Of a stretch of 64,000 nucleotides of DNA, positions 45,349 through 55,087 are shown piece by piece; position 1 is the first letter of the stretch, and each line of letters begins with the position of its first letter. The position numbers and the translations under genes are program-made. The notes under the pieces are model-generated. The model saw nothing but the letters and a program-made list of their open reading frames with translations, was not told the DNA's origin and searched no databases. Source of the stretch: Patescibacteria group bacterium (GTDB lineage Bacteria; Patescibacteriota; Microgenomatia; CAYGWK01); contig JBMORX010000002.1 in assembly GCA_049322615.1 (NCBI GenBank), positions 11,171 through 75,170 on the forward strand. The letters are read 5' to 3'.

Positions 45349-46446
45349 ATGAACTATAAGCAGAGCTTGAAATCTTGCCCACTCGATTATAAGGAATATT
45401 TTCTTCCATACGCCCCAGAAGTAGACTCTTTTCTTGGTAATTTTTTTCAAAAAAAAATTAAAGAGGGAAACAAAATTGAGCCGATTGCTGGTGATGTCTG
45501 GCGCAAGCTTCAAGGATTTATCAAGGGTGGGAAAAGGATTCGGGGAGGATTAGTAAGACTTGGATATGAATGTTTTGGTGGCAAAAAAGAAAGGGCAATT
45601 TTACCAGTTTCTGCCGCAATCGAAATTACCCATGGAGCTATTTTAGTTCACGATGATATTATTGACCAAAGCATTTTGCGTCATGGTCAGCCGACGGTTC
45701 ACAGACGATATCAGCGCTATCACCAAAAGCACTATCAAAAAGGAGACCCTCGTCATTATGGAGAAAGTATGGGGATCTGTGTTGGGATTGCTGGTTATTA
45801 CGGAGCAATTTCTCTTCTTGCTCAAGCAAAATTTCCTGAAGACTTAAAAATAAGAGCCACCCAAGAGTTGGCTCGGTTTATGATGGAAACAGGTTATGGA
45901 GAGACACTTGATATCGATTTTGCCTGTCGAGTAGAAATCTCCGAAAAGGAGATCTTAACCATTCACACCCTAAAATCTGCTCACTATACCATTGTCGGTC
46001 CTCTAAAAATTGGGGGTATTCTGGCAGGAGCAAGAGAAAAACAGCTTAAGAAATTTGAGGATTATGGAATTCCTGTCGGTATCGCCTTTCAGCTTCAAGA
46101 CGATATTTTGGGAATTTATGGCAGCGAAGAAGAACTGGGAAAGCCAATTGGTGATGATATTAAAGAAAGGAAAAATACTCTTTTATACACCCAGGCGTTA
46201 AAAAAGGGAAACCAAAAACAGCGGAAAAGACTTGCGAGTTTGTGGGGCAAAAAAGATATTACCCCAAAAGAAGTTGAAGAAGCAAGAAAAATCATTAAAC
46301 AGACTGGTTCACTTGAATATTCGCAAAAATTAGCCAAAAGATTGGTGGAAAAAGGAAAAAAAGCCGTACCAAAAATTACCAAAAACAAAAATCTTCAAGA
46401 AGTTTTCCTAAGTTTAGCTGATTTCATAATTGAGCGAGAGAAATAG
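45349..46446 (+). CDS. Polyprenyl diphosphate synthase (trans-isoprenyl diphosphate synthase, GGPPS/FPPS-like)
   Basis: 'LVHDDIIDQSILRHG' is the first DDxxD motif and 'FQLQDDILGIYG' the second. Confidence 0.8.
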   Translation: MNYKQSLKSCPLDYKEYFLPYAPEVDSFLGNFFQKKIKEGNKIEPIAGDVWRKLQGFIKGGKRIRGGLVRLGYECFGGKKERAILPVSAAIEITHGAILVHDDIIDQSILRHGQPTVHRRYQRYHQKHYQKGDPRHYGESMGICVGIAGYYGAISLLAQAKFPEDLKIRATQELARFMMETGYGETLDIDFACRVEISEKEILTIHTLKSAHYTIVGPLKIGGILAGAREKQLKKFEDYGIPVGIAFQLQDDILGIYGSEEELGKPIGDDIKERKNTLLYTQALKKGNQKQRKRLASLWGKKDITPKEVEEARKIIKQTGSLEYSQKLAKRLVEKGKKAVPKITKNKNLQEVFLSLADFIIEREK

Positions 46447-46872
46447 ATGAAAATTGGTCATTTTGATAATTTTATTATCTTAGTAACGGGAATCTTGCGC
46501 GATAAAAAGGGAGAGATTCTTTTAATCAAACGAAGTAATAAAAATAAAACCTTTAAGGGGTTTTGGCAGCTGCCTGAAGGAAAAATTGAGTTTGGCGAAC
46601 AACCAGAGAAGACATTGGCTCGAGAGTTGAAGGAGGAGCTTGGTTATCGATTGATTAGTGCTCGGTCAGTAACCGCAAATTCAGCGGTGGTAGTTTTTCA
46701 GGGGGTCTCTTACCATGTTTTGAGAGTTGTTTTGGAAGCAAAATGGAAAGGAAAAATTACCCTAAGTGATGAACATCAAACTTATCGATGGGTAAGTATT
46801 AATAAAGCCCTTAAAATGCCTAACCTAGTTGATGGAACGAAGGAGATCTTATCAACCCTGAAACCTGTCTAG
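46447..46872 (+). CDS. NUDIX hydrolase
   Basis: Nudix box 'GKIEFGEQPEKTLARELKEELG'. Confidence 0.7.
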   Translation: MKIGHFDNFIILVTGILRDKKGEILLIKRSNKNKTFKGFWQLPEGKIEFGEQPEKTLARELKEELGYRLISARSVTANSAVVVFQGVSYHVLRVVLEAKWKGKITLSDEHQTYRWVSINKALKMPNLVDGTKEILSTLKPV

Positions 46873-46882
46873 AGAGGAGTAA

Positions 46883-47728
46883 ATGGAAATTGTTGTTGGG
46901 AAATATGCGGGTTTTTGTCCGGGAGTTAAAAGAGCCTGGGGTTTAGTGGCAAAAACAGTTCAGGATTCTCCTTCCCCCATTTTTATTTTAGGAGAATTAA
47001 TTCATAACAAACAGGCAATTTGGGAATTAGAAAGTTGGGGAGTCAAAGTGGTGGAGAATTCAGATGAAGTCAAAGATAAAACTGGAATCTTGGTGATCCG
47101 CGCTCATGGCGAGCCACCCCAAACTTATCAAAAACTTGCCAAAATAAAAAAGATTAAAGTGGTCAATGCGACTTGTCCAAATGTTACCCGGGTGCAAAAA
47201 CTAGCTTCTCAACTGGAAAATGAAGGTTTTAAGGTTTTTGTTTGTGGCGAGAAAGACCACCCCGAGGCTCAAGCAACCGTTGGTTATACTAAAAAGGGAG
47301 AGATTATCGCCTCATTGGAGGAAGCTAAAAAAGTTGCCTCTACAGAAAAAATTGGCGTTTTAGCCCAGACTACTTTTTCTCCTTTGGTTTTTAAAAAAAT
47401 TTGTCAAATTCTCAAGAAAAAATGCCAACAATTTAAATCTTTAGGGACAATTTGTAATTTTACCCAGCTGGCGCAAAAGGAAGCCAGAGAGATTGCCAAG
47501 AAAGTAGATTTAGTTATTGTCGTTGGCGGAAGACAAAGTTCAAATACAAAAAGACTGGCAGAAGTGGCTGGAGAAATTGTTACGACTTACCACATCGAAA
47601 CTGCTGCCGAGATTAAAAAAGGGTGGCTAGCTGGAGTAAAAAGGGTCGGCCTTTTGGCTGGCGCCTCGACTCCTGATTGGATTATCAAGGAGGTGAAAGA
47701 AAAACTATCGCTTGGGGTTGCAGTTTAA
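46883..47728 (+). CDS. ispH: 4-hydroxy-3-methylbut-2-enyl diphosphate reductase
   Basis: 'GFCPGVKRAW', 'VIRAHGEPP' and 'ATCPNVTRVQ' are the conserved Cys-containing motifs. Confidence 0.85.
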   Translation: MEIVVGKYAGFCPGVKRAWGLVAKTVQDSPSPIFILGELIHNKQAIWELESWGVKVVENSDEVKDKTGILVIRAHGEPPQTYQKLAKIKKIKVVNATCPNVTRVQKLASQLENEGFKVFVCGEKDHPEAQATVGYTKKGEIIASLEEAKKVASTEKIGVLAQTTFSPLVFKKICQILKKKCQQFKSLGTICNFTQLAQKEAREIAKKVDLVIVVGGRQSSNTKRLAEVAGEIVTTYHIETAAEIKKGWLAGVKRVGLLAGASTPDWIIKEVKEKLSLGVAV

Positions 47729-47753
47729 TTAATTAAAGTGGTAAAATTAGAGA

Positions 47754-48470
47754 TTGAGGATGGTAAAAACAAAACTTGACCAAAACCATATTCCCAAACA
47801 CATTGGGATTATTATGGATGGAAACCGGAGGTGGGCTGCCAAAAAGGGATTAACAATAAACCAGGGGCATGAGGCAGGAGTTAAAGCCTTGGTAAAAATT
47901 GTTGAGCACTGTTTGGATTTAGAGGTTAAGACCCTGACGGTTTATACCCTATCCACGGAAAACTGGCGAAAAAGAGCCAAAGAAGAGGTCAAAGGTATCT
48001 TTGATTTGTTGATAAGAGGAGTTGAAGAGAAAAAAGAGGAGTATAAGAAAAAAGGGGTTAAGGTGGCGATTTTGGGCGATTTTCAGGCATTTCCTCGAAA
48101 AGTTGTTCGGGCAATTGAAGAAATTTTAAAGATTGTTAAAGAACATGAGAGACTTAAGGTAAACTTGGCTCTAAATTATGGCGGTCGGGATGAGATTTTG
48201 CAGGCAGTTAAAAAAATTATTGGTGAGGGAATCCCCCCAGAGAAAATTAATGAAGAGACATTCGGTAAATTTCTTTACACTAATGGTGAACCAGATCCAG
48301 ATTTAATTATCCGCACCGGCGGAGAAATAAGACTTTCAAATTTTTTGCTTTGGCAGATGTCTTATTCTGAACTTTATTTTACCGATACCCTCTGGCCTGA
48401 TTTTAGCCCGAGAGAACTGGATAAGGCAATTGCCGAATATCAGAAAAGAGAGAGAAGATTTGGGAAATAG
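47754..48470 (+). CDS. uppS: Undecaprenyl diphosphate synthase
   Basis: 'HIGIIMDGNRRWA', 'NYGGRDEI' and 'IRTGGEIRLSNFLLWQMSYSELYF'. Confidence 0.85.
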   Translation: MRMVKTKLDQNHIPKHIGIIMDGNRRWAAKKGLTINQGHEAGVKALVKIVEHCLDLEVKTLTVYTLSTENWRKRAKEEVKGIFDLLIRGVEEKKEEYKKKGVKVAILGDFQAFPRKVVRAIEEILKIVKEHERLKVNLALNYGGRDEILQAVKKIIGEGIPPEKINEETFGKFLYTNGEPDPDLIIRTGGEIRLSNFLLWQMSYSELYFTDTLWPDFSPRELDKAIAEYQKRERRFGK

Positions 48471-49007
48471 AGTGGGGATGAGGGTGAGAAGTGGGAAGTG
48501 AGTCGGGAGGTGAGAAGTGAGGGTGAGTTATTTCTTGAAATTAGTCCAGCTTTCTCCGAGTCGATAAAGCTGTTTTCCAGAAATATCATACATTTCGATT
48601 AAATAATCACAGAGTTTTGGATCAACCAAATGAGAGTAGAGATCTTTGATTAAAGATAGATGGGTAATCATTTCATTGCGTTCACCTAGAGCATCTTCTA
48701 AATATTTTTTCCAGGCTCTTTTCTGATGCTTCTTTGCGTATCCTTCGGCAATAATCGCCAGTGGTGCCATACAAGCCCGTCGCCCCTGCTCTTTTAAATT
48801 GTATTTTTCTTCTTCTGGAAGTTTAGGGAGAATTTCTTTAAGAAAAATAATGGCAGCCTTATAGAGAGTTTTGTAAACATCCAAATCTTTGAAGCTTCTA
48901 ATAGGATTTGTGCTCATTTTTATTTATATCTTACTTCTCACATCTCACTTCTTAACCCACTTCTCACATCTCACCCTCACCCTCACCCTCATCCTCATCC
49001 CCCCACT
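48471..49007 (-). mobile_element. Intervening-sequence-like cassette: four-helix-bundle protein gene (48528..48917) bracketed by ~57/77-nt GGTGAG/CACTTC-rich imperfect inverted repeats
   Basis: IR-L at 48471-48527 begins 'agtggggatgagggtgagaagtgggaagtgag...'. The reverse complement of IR-R at 48931-49007 begins 'agagtggggggatgaggatgagggtgagggtgag...'. The two repeats abut the stop codons of the flanking convergent genes exactly (uppS at 48470, pilin at 49008). Confidence 0.5.
48528..48917 (-). CDS. Four-helix-bundle protein (TIGR02436; formerly '23S rRNA intervening sequence protein')
   Basis: 'FKDLDVYKTLYKAAIIFLKEILPKLPEEEKYNLKEQGRRACMAPLAIIAEGYAKK' fits the family consensus (F.DL.VW..A..L...IY..T..FPK.E.Y.L..Q.RRAA.SI..NIAEG). 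Confidence 0.65.
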   Translation of the reverse strand: MSTNPIRSFKDLDVYKTLYKAAIIFLKEILPKLPEEEKYNLKEQGRRACMAPLAIIAEGYAKKHQKRAWKKYLEDALGERNEMITHLSLIKDLYSHLVDPKLCDYLIEMYDISGKQLYRLGESWTNFKK

Positions 49008-49331
49008 CTAAAAGATTTTAGGTAGTCCGAAAACCACCTGTAAAACCTGCACCAGCAGAAAGGAGGTAAAAATTATCAAAAAGCCAATCACCGCTCCGGT
49101 TATTTTGCCTTTGGCTGACTCTACTGCCTTTGGGTCACCCCTTGAAGTCATTAGTTGAAATCCACCCAGGATTAGATAGGCTAGAAGTCCCAGTCCGGCA
49201 AGAACAAGAATGTAGGGAAGAAGAGCGGAGACGATATCACCAATCTTAAGATCGCCCTTTGCTGGTAGCGATCCTGAAGGAAAGGCTTGTCGAAGTTCGT
49301 CAAAATTAATTGCTTGAGCCAAAAGTTCCAT
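49008..49331 (-). CDS. T4SS pilin-like protein
   Basis: 'LILGGFQLMTSRGDPKAVESAKGKITGAVIGF'. Confidence 0.5.
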   Translation of the reverse strand: MELLAQAINFDELRQAFPSGSLPAKGDLKIGDIVSALLPYILVLAGLGLLAYLILGGFQLMTSRGDPKAVESAKGKITGAVIGFLIIFTSFLLVQVLQVVFGLPKIF

Positions 49332-49335
49332 TTCA

Positions 49336-49797
49336 AGTTAAAAATTAAAAGTCAAAAGTCCAAAGTTTCAATTTAGAGTCTAAAATATTATTTACCCTTT
49401 AATGTTTTTACGCTAGAACCAATAATATTTGAAATCTCCATTAGTTCACCTAACAGCGAATTAATTTTCTCTTTATCTCCTTTGCCCGTGTCTCTTAAAA
49501 GAGCCAGCCAAAATTTTGACTCGTTCGCTGATTTTAAAACATGGGTTAAGAAGTTAGTAAAATCTCTTTTTGAGCTACCAGCAATTGCCTCTACATAATT
49601 GGCGCCAATGCTTGTTCCGCTTCTTAGTAGCTGGTCTATGGCAATTCTGCAGAGAGGGTCATTTTTAGGAAGAGTTTCTGTAAACTTGATAAGCTCGATT
49701 ATAAATCTGTATATCCGCCTTTTGAGTGCTTCGCTGAAAGCTTTGTTATCTTTTCTCATATTTTAATTTTTAATTTTTGACTTTAGACTTTTAACTA
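49336..49797 (-). mobile_element. Second intervening-sequence-like cassette: four-helix-bundle gene (49388..49759) bracketed by AT-rich imperfect inverted repeats
   Basis: The left arm 'agttaaaaattaaaagtcaaaagtccaaagt...agagtctaaaat' (49336-49386) matches the reverse complement of the right arm 'agttaaaagtctaaagtcaaaaattaaaaattaaaa' (49761-49797). Both share the words agttaaaa, agtcaaaa, agtctaaa and attaaaa. Confidence 0.45.
49388..49759 (-). CDS. Four-helix-bundle protein (TIGR02436)
   Basis: 'DQLLRSGTSIGANYVEAIAGSSKRDFTNFLTHVLKSANESKFWLALL' is the canonical central motif of the family. Confidence 0.65.
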   Translation of the reverse strand: MRKDNKAFSEALKRRIYRFIIELIKFTETLPKNDPLCRIAIDQLLRSGTSIGANYVEAIAGSSKRDFTNFLTHVLKSANESKFWLALLRDTGKGDKEKINSLLGELMEISNIIGSSVKTLKGK

Positions 49798-49798
49798 T

Positions 49799-50311
49799 TT
49801 AAAATCCTGGAATCTCTAAAATTTTCACTCCTATTAATTGTAGCAGAAAAACGGAAAAAATAATCATCAAAAGCCCCATTAGGGCAGAGGTAATTAGTTC
49901 TTTTCCGGCTTTAAGTCTATCCGGGTCTCCGCTTGATGTCATAATCTGAAAAGCGCCTAAAAGCATTAAAAGAAAAGCAATTCCGCCGCCAATGCCAATG
50001 GCTAATTTTAAAAACCAAGTCACAAAAGCCGTTGGATTACTAACATCAACACAGCCGACGGCGGTTTCAATTCCACCAGGGCAAGCGCTGCTCGGTGGGG
50101 GAGGTGGAGGTTGTGGAGTAGGGGCCGAGCTGCACTCTGATTGGGTGTCGCAGCAATAATGACTAGGGGGAAGCACTAATTGGCAATCAACAGGTCTATA
50201 GCACATTCCTCCTGCAGGGTCTCTGGTCTCATCACAGGTAGCCTGGGCGATTTGGGAGAACAAGAGTCCGATGACAAAAAGAAAGAGACTTGCAACAAGA
50301 ACTTTTTTCAT
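49799..50311 (-). CDS. T4SS pilin-like protein with a signal peptide and a Cys/Pro-rich N-terminal module
   Basis: The internal start MKKVLVASLFLFVIGLLFS is preferred. 'CDETRDPAGGMCYRPVDCQ...PTPQPPPPPPSSAC' is followed by 'LLGAFQIMTSSGDPDRLKAGKELITSALMGL'. Confidence 0.5.
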   Translation of the reverse strand: MKKVLVASLFLFVIGLLFSQIAQATCDETRDPAGGMCYRPVDCQLVLPPSHYCCDTQSECSSAPTPQPPPPPPSSACPGGIETAVGCVDVSNPTAFVTWFLKLAIGIGGGIAFLLMLLGAFQIMTSSGDPDRLKAGKELITSALMGLLMIIFSVFLLQLIGVKILEIPGF

Positions 50312-50406
50312 TATTTTCAGTCTAGCACACATCAAGGGCGAAGTGCAAAGGGCGAAGTGAAAAGGGCGAAGTGGGAAGTAGTATTCATGATATAATTTTA
50401 AGTAAG

Positions 50407-52116
50407 ATGAGAGCAAAAACCTGGGCTATTCTTTTTCTTCTTTCTTCTTTCTTCTTTCTTTTCACTCCTGTCTTCGCCGAGTGTCCTCCAACTGACTATG
50501 ATTGTCAAATTGCCCAGCTTCAAAAAGAATACGATGCCAGACGAGAGGCTCATGAGAAAAATAAGATTTCCCTTTCCGAATATGAAAAAGAGCTAACTAA
50601 TATCAATAAAAAACTAGCCTCAATTGAGATAAAACTTAAAAATTTAGAATTAGAGATTAAAGAAAGGGAAGTAGATTTGGCTTTTCAAGGAGAACTTTTG
50701 GCCGTTCGGGTGAGAAGTTTTTATATTAAAAGTCGCCAGTTTTCCCCAATTTTAGTTTTGCTTTCTTCTCGTTCAGCCCAAGAGTTGAGGCGAGAATTAG
50801 CGTTTCGTCAGCAAGCAGTTAACTTCGACCGGAAAGTCATTACTCAAGTTTCTTTGGATTTGGCGTCTTTAAATCAGGACAAAAAAACTTTGATGAAATC
50901 AAAATCTTCACTTTCTTCCTTAAAGAAACAGGTTGATGAGCAAGTTAAATTTTATCGAGGTGAGGTTGAGAAAACTGAAGCCTTTTTTGCCCAGATTTTA
51001 GCTAAACAACAAGAACTTCAGGCTCTAAAAGCCGGTGGTTTTGCTACTTCGGTTGGAGAAGTTCCGCCGGCTGACGATCCTGCTTCCCGACCAGACTTCA
51101 ATCCTGGTTTTTCGCCGGCTTTTGCTGCTTTTTCTTTTGGCGCTCCCCATCGAAAAGGAATGAGTCAATATGGGGCTTTCGGTCGGGCAAAAGCCGGACA
51201 AAACGCAGAAGAAATTCTTCGGGCTTATTACGGTGATGTTCGGATTGAAACCCGAGAGTCTCCATCAACCATTTCAACCGCTGTTGGGACTTTACCTTTT
51301 GAGGATAATTATATGAAGGGGATTGCCGAGATGCCTTCTTCTTGGGCAGATGAAGGAGGTTACGAGGCTTTGAAAGCCCAGGCAATTGCCGCCCGAACTT
51401 ATGCTTTAACCGCCGGAAAACCAATTTGCATAACCGAAGCTTGTCAAGTTTATTCTTCAACAAAAGTGGTTAATCCGGCCGCTTCCCGTTGGCATCAGGC
51501 AGTTTCCGAGACCAGAAATAAAGTTATTGTTTCAAACTCAACCGGAAATCTGATCTCTTCTTGGTATGCCTCAACTTCCGGAGGCTATATTTTTTCTTAT
51601 TCTTCCCTCGGTCATTCAACTCCCGGGTTTTGGGATACCTCCCGGGGTCGGGATGGCTGGACCGATGAGAGTTGGGAGAAAAAAGCCGGCTCTCCTTGGT
51701 TTTACAAAGCCTGGTATCGGAAACGTTCGGGTGATGCCTGCGGAAGGTCTCACCCCTGGCTGACTCAAGAAGAATTTGCTGATATTTTAAACAGCCTTTT
51801 GATTTACAAAGGCAATCCCGGTGATGTTTCTCATCTTTCTTCACTTGATGCCAAGTCTTGCTTTGGTAAAGAAATTTCCGAGACCTGGGATATGGGAAAA
51901 GTTCGGGAAGAAGCAGGAAAATACGGCGGTTCAATTTCAAGAATTGATTCAGTTTCCGTTGTCTATTCAAATGATGGCTATACCCAAACTGTTTCTTTTG
52001 GAACCAATATCGGAACAAAAAGTTTTTCTGGGGAGGATTTTAAGTATATCTTTAACTTAAGAGTTCCGGCAGCCATTGGTTTAAAGTCCAGTCTTTTTAA
52101 CCTAATGAAAAAATGA
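50407..52116 (+). CDS. SpoIID/LytB-domain protein (cell-wall amidase enhancer-like) with a signal peptide and an N-terminal coiled coil
   Basis: The start is at MRAKTWAILFLL. 'GYEALKAQAIAARTYALT' is the SpoIID core and an N-terminal heptad-rich region precedes it. Confidence 0.55.
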   Translation: MRAKTWAILFLLSSFFFLFTPVFAECPPTDYDCQIAQLQKEYDARREAHEKNKISLSEYEKELTNINKKLASIEIKLKNLELEIKEREVDLAFQGELLAVRVRSFYIKSRQFSPILVLLSSRSAQELRRELAFRQQAVNFDRKVITQVSLDLASLNQDKKTLMKSKSSLSSLKKQVDEQVKFYRGEVEKTEAFFAQILAKQQELQALKAGGFATSVGEVPPADDPASRPDFNPGFSPAFAAFSFGAPHRKGMSQYGAFGRAKAGQNAEEILRAYYGDVRIETRESPSTISTAVGTLPFEDNYMKGIAEMPSSWADEGGYEALKAQAIAARTYALTAGKPICITEACQVYSSTKVVNPAASRWHQAVSETRNKVIVSNSTGNLISSWYASTSGGYIFSYSSLGHSTPGFWDTSRGRDGWTDESWEKKAGSPWFYKAWYRKRSGDACGRSHPWLTQEEFADILNSLLIYKGNPGDVSHLSSLDAKSCFGKEISETWDMGKVREEAGKYGGSISRIDSVSVVYSNDGYTQTVSFGTNIGTKSFSGEDFKYIFNLRVPAAIGLKSSLFNLMKK

Positions 52117-52267
52117 TAAAATAAATTTGTTGCTGCGCAATAAAATAATAAAAATAGTAGATTGAAAATAGTAAATAGTAAAAAGACATTTTAAATTTAA
52201 AATTTTCAATGTAAATTTGCAATTTACTATTTAATTTTTACTATTGAGCGACTGAAAGGAGCGATTC

Positions 52268-52897
52268 ATGCCAGATATCTACGTCGCCAAAAAAGAGCAG
52301 GAGAGTGAAAGAGTAAAAGAGCAAGAGGAAAAACAGATAACAAATCCCCTTTCTGCCTTTGTTCAAAACCCGGTGGGAGTCCGTTTTGAAACCCAGGAAG
52401 AAGAGGAAAAAATCATTCTTTTGCTCCGCAAGCACTGGATAACCAATGTTCCTTGGATAATCTTGGCAATTATTTTGCTTGCGGCTCCTTTAGTTCTTCC
52501 TTATTTTCCCCTGCTTACTTTTCTGCCTGTTCGTTATCAGCTCATGGCAGTTATTTTGTGGTATCTTTTGGTGACCGCTTTTGTCTTTGAGCAATTTTTA
52601 ACCTGGTTTTTTAATGTTTATATTGTGACCGATGAGAGGGTTGTTGACGTTGATTTCTATAATTTGGTTTATAAACAGATAACCGAGGCGAAAATCGACA
52701 GAATTCAGGATATAACCTTGCGTTTAGGGGGAGTGGTGAGAGCTCTTTTTAACTTTGGTGATGTTTTAATTCAGACTGCCGGGGCTGAGCCAAATCTTGA
52801 GTTTGAGGCAGTGCCCAACCCCGATCAGGTGGTGAAAATCCTCCAGGGATTAAGAACAGAGGAGGAAGTCGAAGCTCTGGAAGGAAGGGTGAGATAA
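52268..52897 (+). CDS. Bacterial PH-domain (bPH_2, YdbS/YdbT-like) membrane protein
   Basis: Two TM helices are followed by a 'VYIVTDERVVDVDFYNL...ITEAKIDRIQDI' PH-like fold. Confidence 0.5.
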   Translation: MPDIYVAKKEQESERVKEQEEKQITNPLSAFVQNPVGVRFETQEEEEKIILLLRKHWITNVPWIILAIILLAAPLVLPYFPLLTFLPVRYQLMAVILWYLLVTAFVFEQFLTWFFNVYIVTDERVVDVDFYNLVYKQITEAKIDRIQDITLRLGGVVRALFNFGDVLIQTAGAEPNLEFEAVPNPDQVVKILQGLRTEEEVEALEGRVR

Positions 52898-52903
52898 ATA
52901 AAA

Positions 52904-53143
52904 ATGCCACCAATCGATAATTTAATTAGCTTTATCCTTTCGGTTTCTATTTGGTCAGTGGCGAAAATTTTAGTTTGTTTTGCCATCCTTATATATGTTG
53001 TTTTTGCCATCGTTGTTGTTCGTCAGGTTTCCCTCATGACCGAAACCCTAAATGGTCAGCTCGAATTGCCTTTAAAGGTAATATCGACGATTCATTTGCT
53101 TGGGGCGATTCTTGTTTTTCTTCTGGCTTTAATTATTCTTTAA
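52904..53143 (+). CDS. Small two-TM membrane protein
   Basis: 79 aa, two hydrophobic helices. It sits 7 nt after the bPH gene and 2 nt before the next gene, so it is an operon member. Confidence 0.35.
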   Translation: MPPIDNLISFILSVSIWSVAKILVCFAILIYVVFAIVVVRQVSLMTETLNGQLELPLKVISTIHLLGAILVFLLALIIL

Positions 53144-53144
53144 A

Positions 53145-54992
53145 ATGAAAGACTACATTGTCCGGGTTGCCAAGATTGTTGGTAGCCCAGCGCCAAATTT
53201 TTGGTCTCAAGTTCATACTTTCTTTCCCGAAGATCAAAAAAAGAGAAACTTAAGAGGAATTTTTCTTGGGGTTTTGTCTTTTTCCGGGAAAGGCGAGGGG
53301 GTTGAAGCAGTAAGCGTCGGCAGGGAAATTTTATCCCGACTTCACGAAGAGTACTATGGAGAACTGGAAACTCCGGCAATGGAAAAACTCAAGCAGGCAG
53401 TTTCAAAAGTTGTCAGTGAATTCTCCAGGCCCGGGGAAGGACAAAGTCTTAAGGTGGTCGCCGGGGTGGTCTTGGGAGATGTTTTATATCTTACTTCTTC
53501 TGGTTTGGGTCAGGCTTGGATTAAAAGAGGAGGTTTAATGCAAATGGTTTTGGAGAGTTCAGAAAGTGAGGTAGAGACTGCCAGCGGTTTTTTGGAAGAA
53601 GGTGATTTTATCGTTTTGGGAACAAATTCTTTTTTTGACCTTCTTCCCCAAGGAGTTCTTCGAGCAGCCCTGGAAAATGAGACCCCCCAAGAGGCGGTCG
53701 AGGCTTTGGTTCCCGTTATCCATGGAAAAGAAGAGGCATCTTCGGCTTGTGCTCTTGTCGGTAAGATAGAGGCAAGCCTTGAATTTGCGGCGGTGGAGCC
53801 TGAAAAACACCTAAATTCTTTGTTAGTTTTCCTCAAATCTAAGTTGCCCACTTTCCGTTTAGAAGAAATTCATATTAGAGACAAAAGTCAAGAAATAAAA
53901 AGAAAAAAAGTTATTTTTAGCGTTGCCCTAATTTTAATCTTTCTTTTAGGAATAAGTATCATTTTTGGGGTAGGCAGAAGAGGATCTCGGGAGCGAGAAA
54001 ATCGATTTAACCTTCTTTATTCTGAAGCAAGAAAGGAACTTGAGGAAGGAAAAGCCTTAGTTACCCTTAATCCAACCCAGGCTCGCCAGCTTATTCTTAG
54101 GGCAAAAGAAAAACTTTCCGAAGCAGAAAATTTAAAAATCCAAAGCATAAAAACCCAAGAATTAAAACAAGAAATTGAAAATGCCCTAGGGGCAGTTGTT
54201 AAAGAACATAAGTTTTCCGAATTACCAACTTTTCTTGACCTGGCTCTTTTTAAAGAAGGAGGAAGAGGAGAAAACTTATCTCTTTCTGGAAATTTCTTGT
54301 CTGTTTTGGATCCAAGAGAAAACCGCCTCTTTGGCATAGATATTTCCCGCAAATCAGGAGAGATTTTAGCCGGAGGAGAAGATCTTGCTGGATCAAAACT
54401 TATTACTAGCTATGGAGATTACATTTTTGTCCTAGGCGAGAAGGGCGTCGTTAGGGTGGGAGCAAAAAGCAAAAAGTCTGAAATTGTGGTTAAACCAGAA
54501 GAAAACTTGAGGAATATAAAATCAATGGAGGCTTTTGCTGGGAATTTATACTTGCTTGATCAAGCGGAAATTTGGCGTTATCAGGCTACAGAGGAAGGTT
54601 TTGGTTTGCGGCAGAAATGGTTTGGCGGAAACATCAAACCTGATTTATCTCAAGCAGTTTCTATGGCAATTGATGGTTCGATTTGGCTTTTGCGCCAAGA
54701 TGGAAAAATTCTAAAATTTTCCCAAGGAGCCCCTTCGACTTTTGGCATTGCTGGACTTGATAAACCATTTTCCGAAGCCAGGGTGATTTACACCGACTCT
54801 GAAGCAGAAAATCTTTATATTTTAGATAAGGGAGAAAGTCGGGTGGTGGTTTTAACCAAGGGGGGCGAATACCAAGCCCAATATATCTGGGAAGGAATAA
54901 AAAAAGTGAGCGATATGGTAGTTTCGGAGAGCGAGGGGAGGATATTTCTTCTGGCTGATAATAAACTGTATGCCATTGAAATTAAAAAATAA
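53145..54992 (+). CDS. Membrane-anchored protein with an N-terminal cytoplasmic domain and a C-terminal beta-propeller-like repeat domain
   Basis: A central TM helix 'VIFSVALILIFLLGISIIFGV' is followed by repeated 'hhhLD..g.I' blades (YIFVLGEKGVV, LYLLDQAEIW, IWLLRQDGKI, LYILDKGESR, IFLLADNKLY). Confidence 0.45.
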   Translation: MKDYIVRVAKIVGSPAPNFWSQVHTFFPEDQKKRNLRGIFLGVLSFSGKGEGVEAVSVGREILSRLHEEYYGELETPAMEKLKQAVSKVVSEFSRPGEGQSLKVVAGVVLGDVLYLTSSGLGQAWIKRGGLMQMVLESSESEVETASGFLEEGDFIVLGTNSFFDLLPQGVLRAALENETPQEAVEALVPVIHGKEEASSACALVGKIEASLEFAAVEPEKHLNSLLVFLKSKLPTFRLEEIHIRDKSQEIKRKKVIFSVALILIFLLGISIIFGVGRRGSRERENRFNLLYSEARKELEEGKALVTLNPTQARQLILRAKEKLSEAENLKIQSIKTQELKQEIENALGAVVKEHKFSELPTFLDLALFKEGGRGENLSLSGNFLSVLDPRENRLFGIDISRKSGEILAGGEDLAGSKLITSYGDYIFVLGEKGVVRVGAKSKKSEIVVKPEENLRNIKSMEAFAGNLYLLDQAEIWRYQATEEGFGLRQKWFGGNIKPDLSQAVSMAIDGSIWLLRQDGKILKFSQGAPSTFGIAGLDKPFSEARVIYTDSEAENLYILDKGESRVVVLTKGGEYQAQYIWEGIKKVSDMVVSESEGRIFLLADNKLYAIEIKK

Positions 54993-55087
54993 AAACGAAA
55001 AGAGAAAAATGACAATTAAAAATCCCAAAATTTTTTAATTTTACATTGTAATTTTTAATTTTTATATTTTAATTTTTCATTTTCTTT

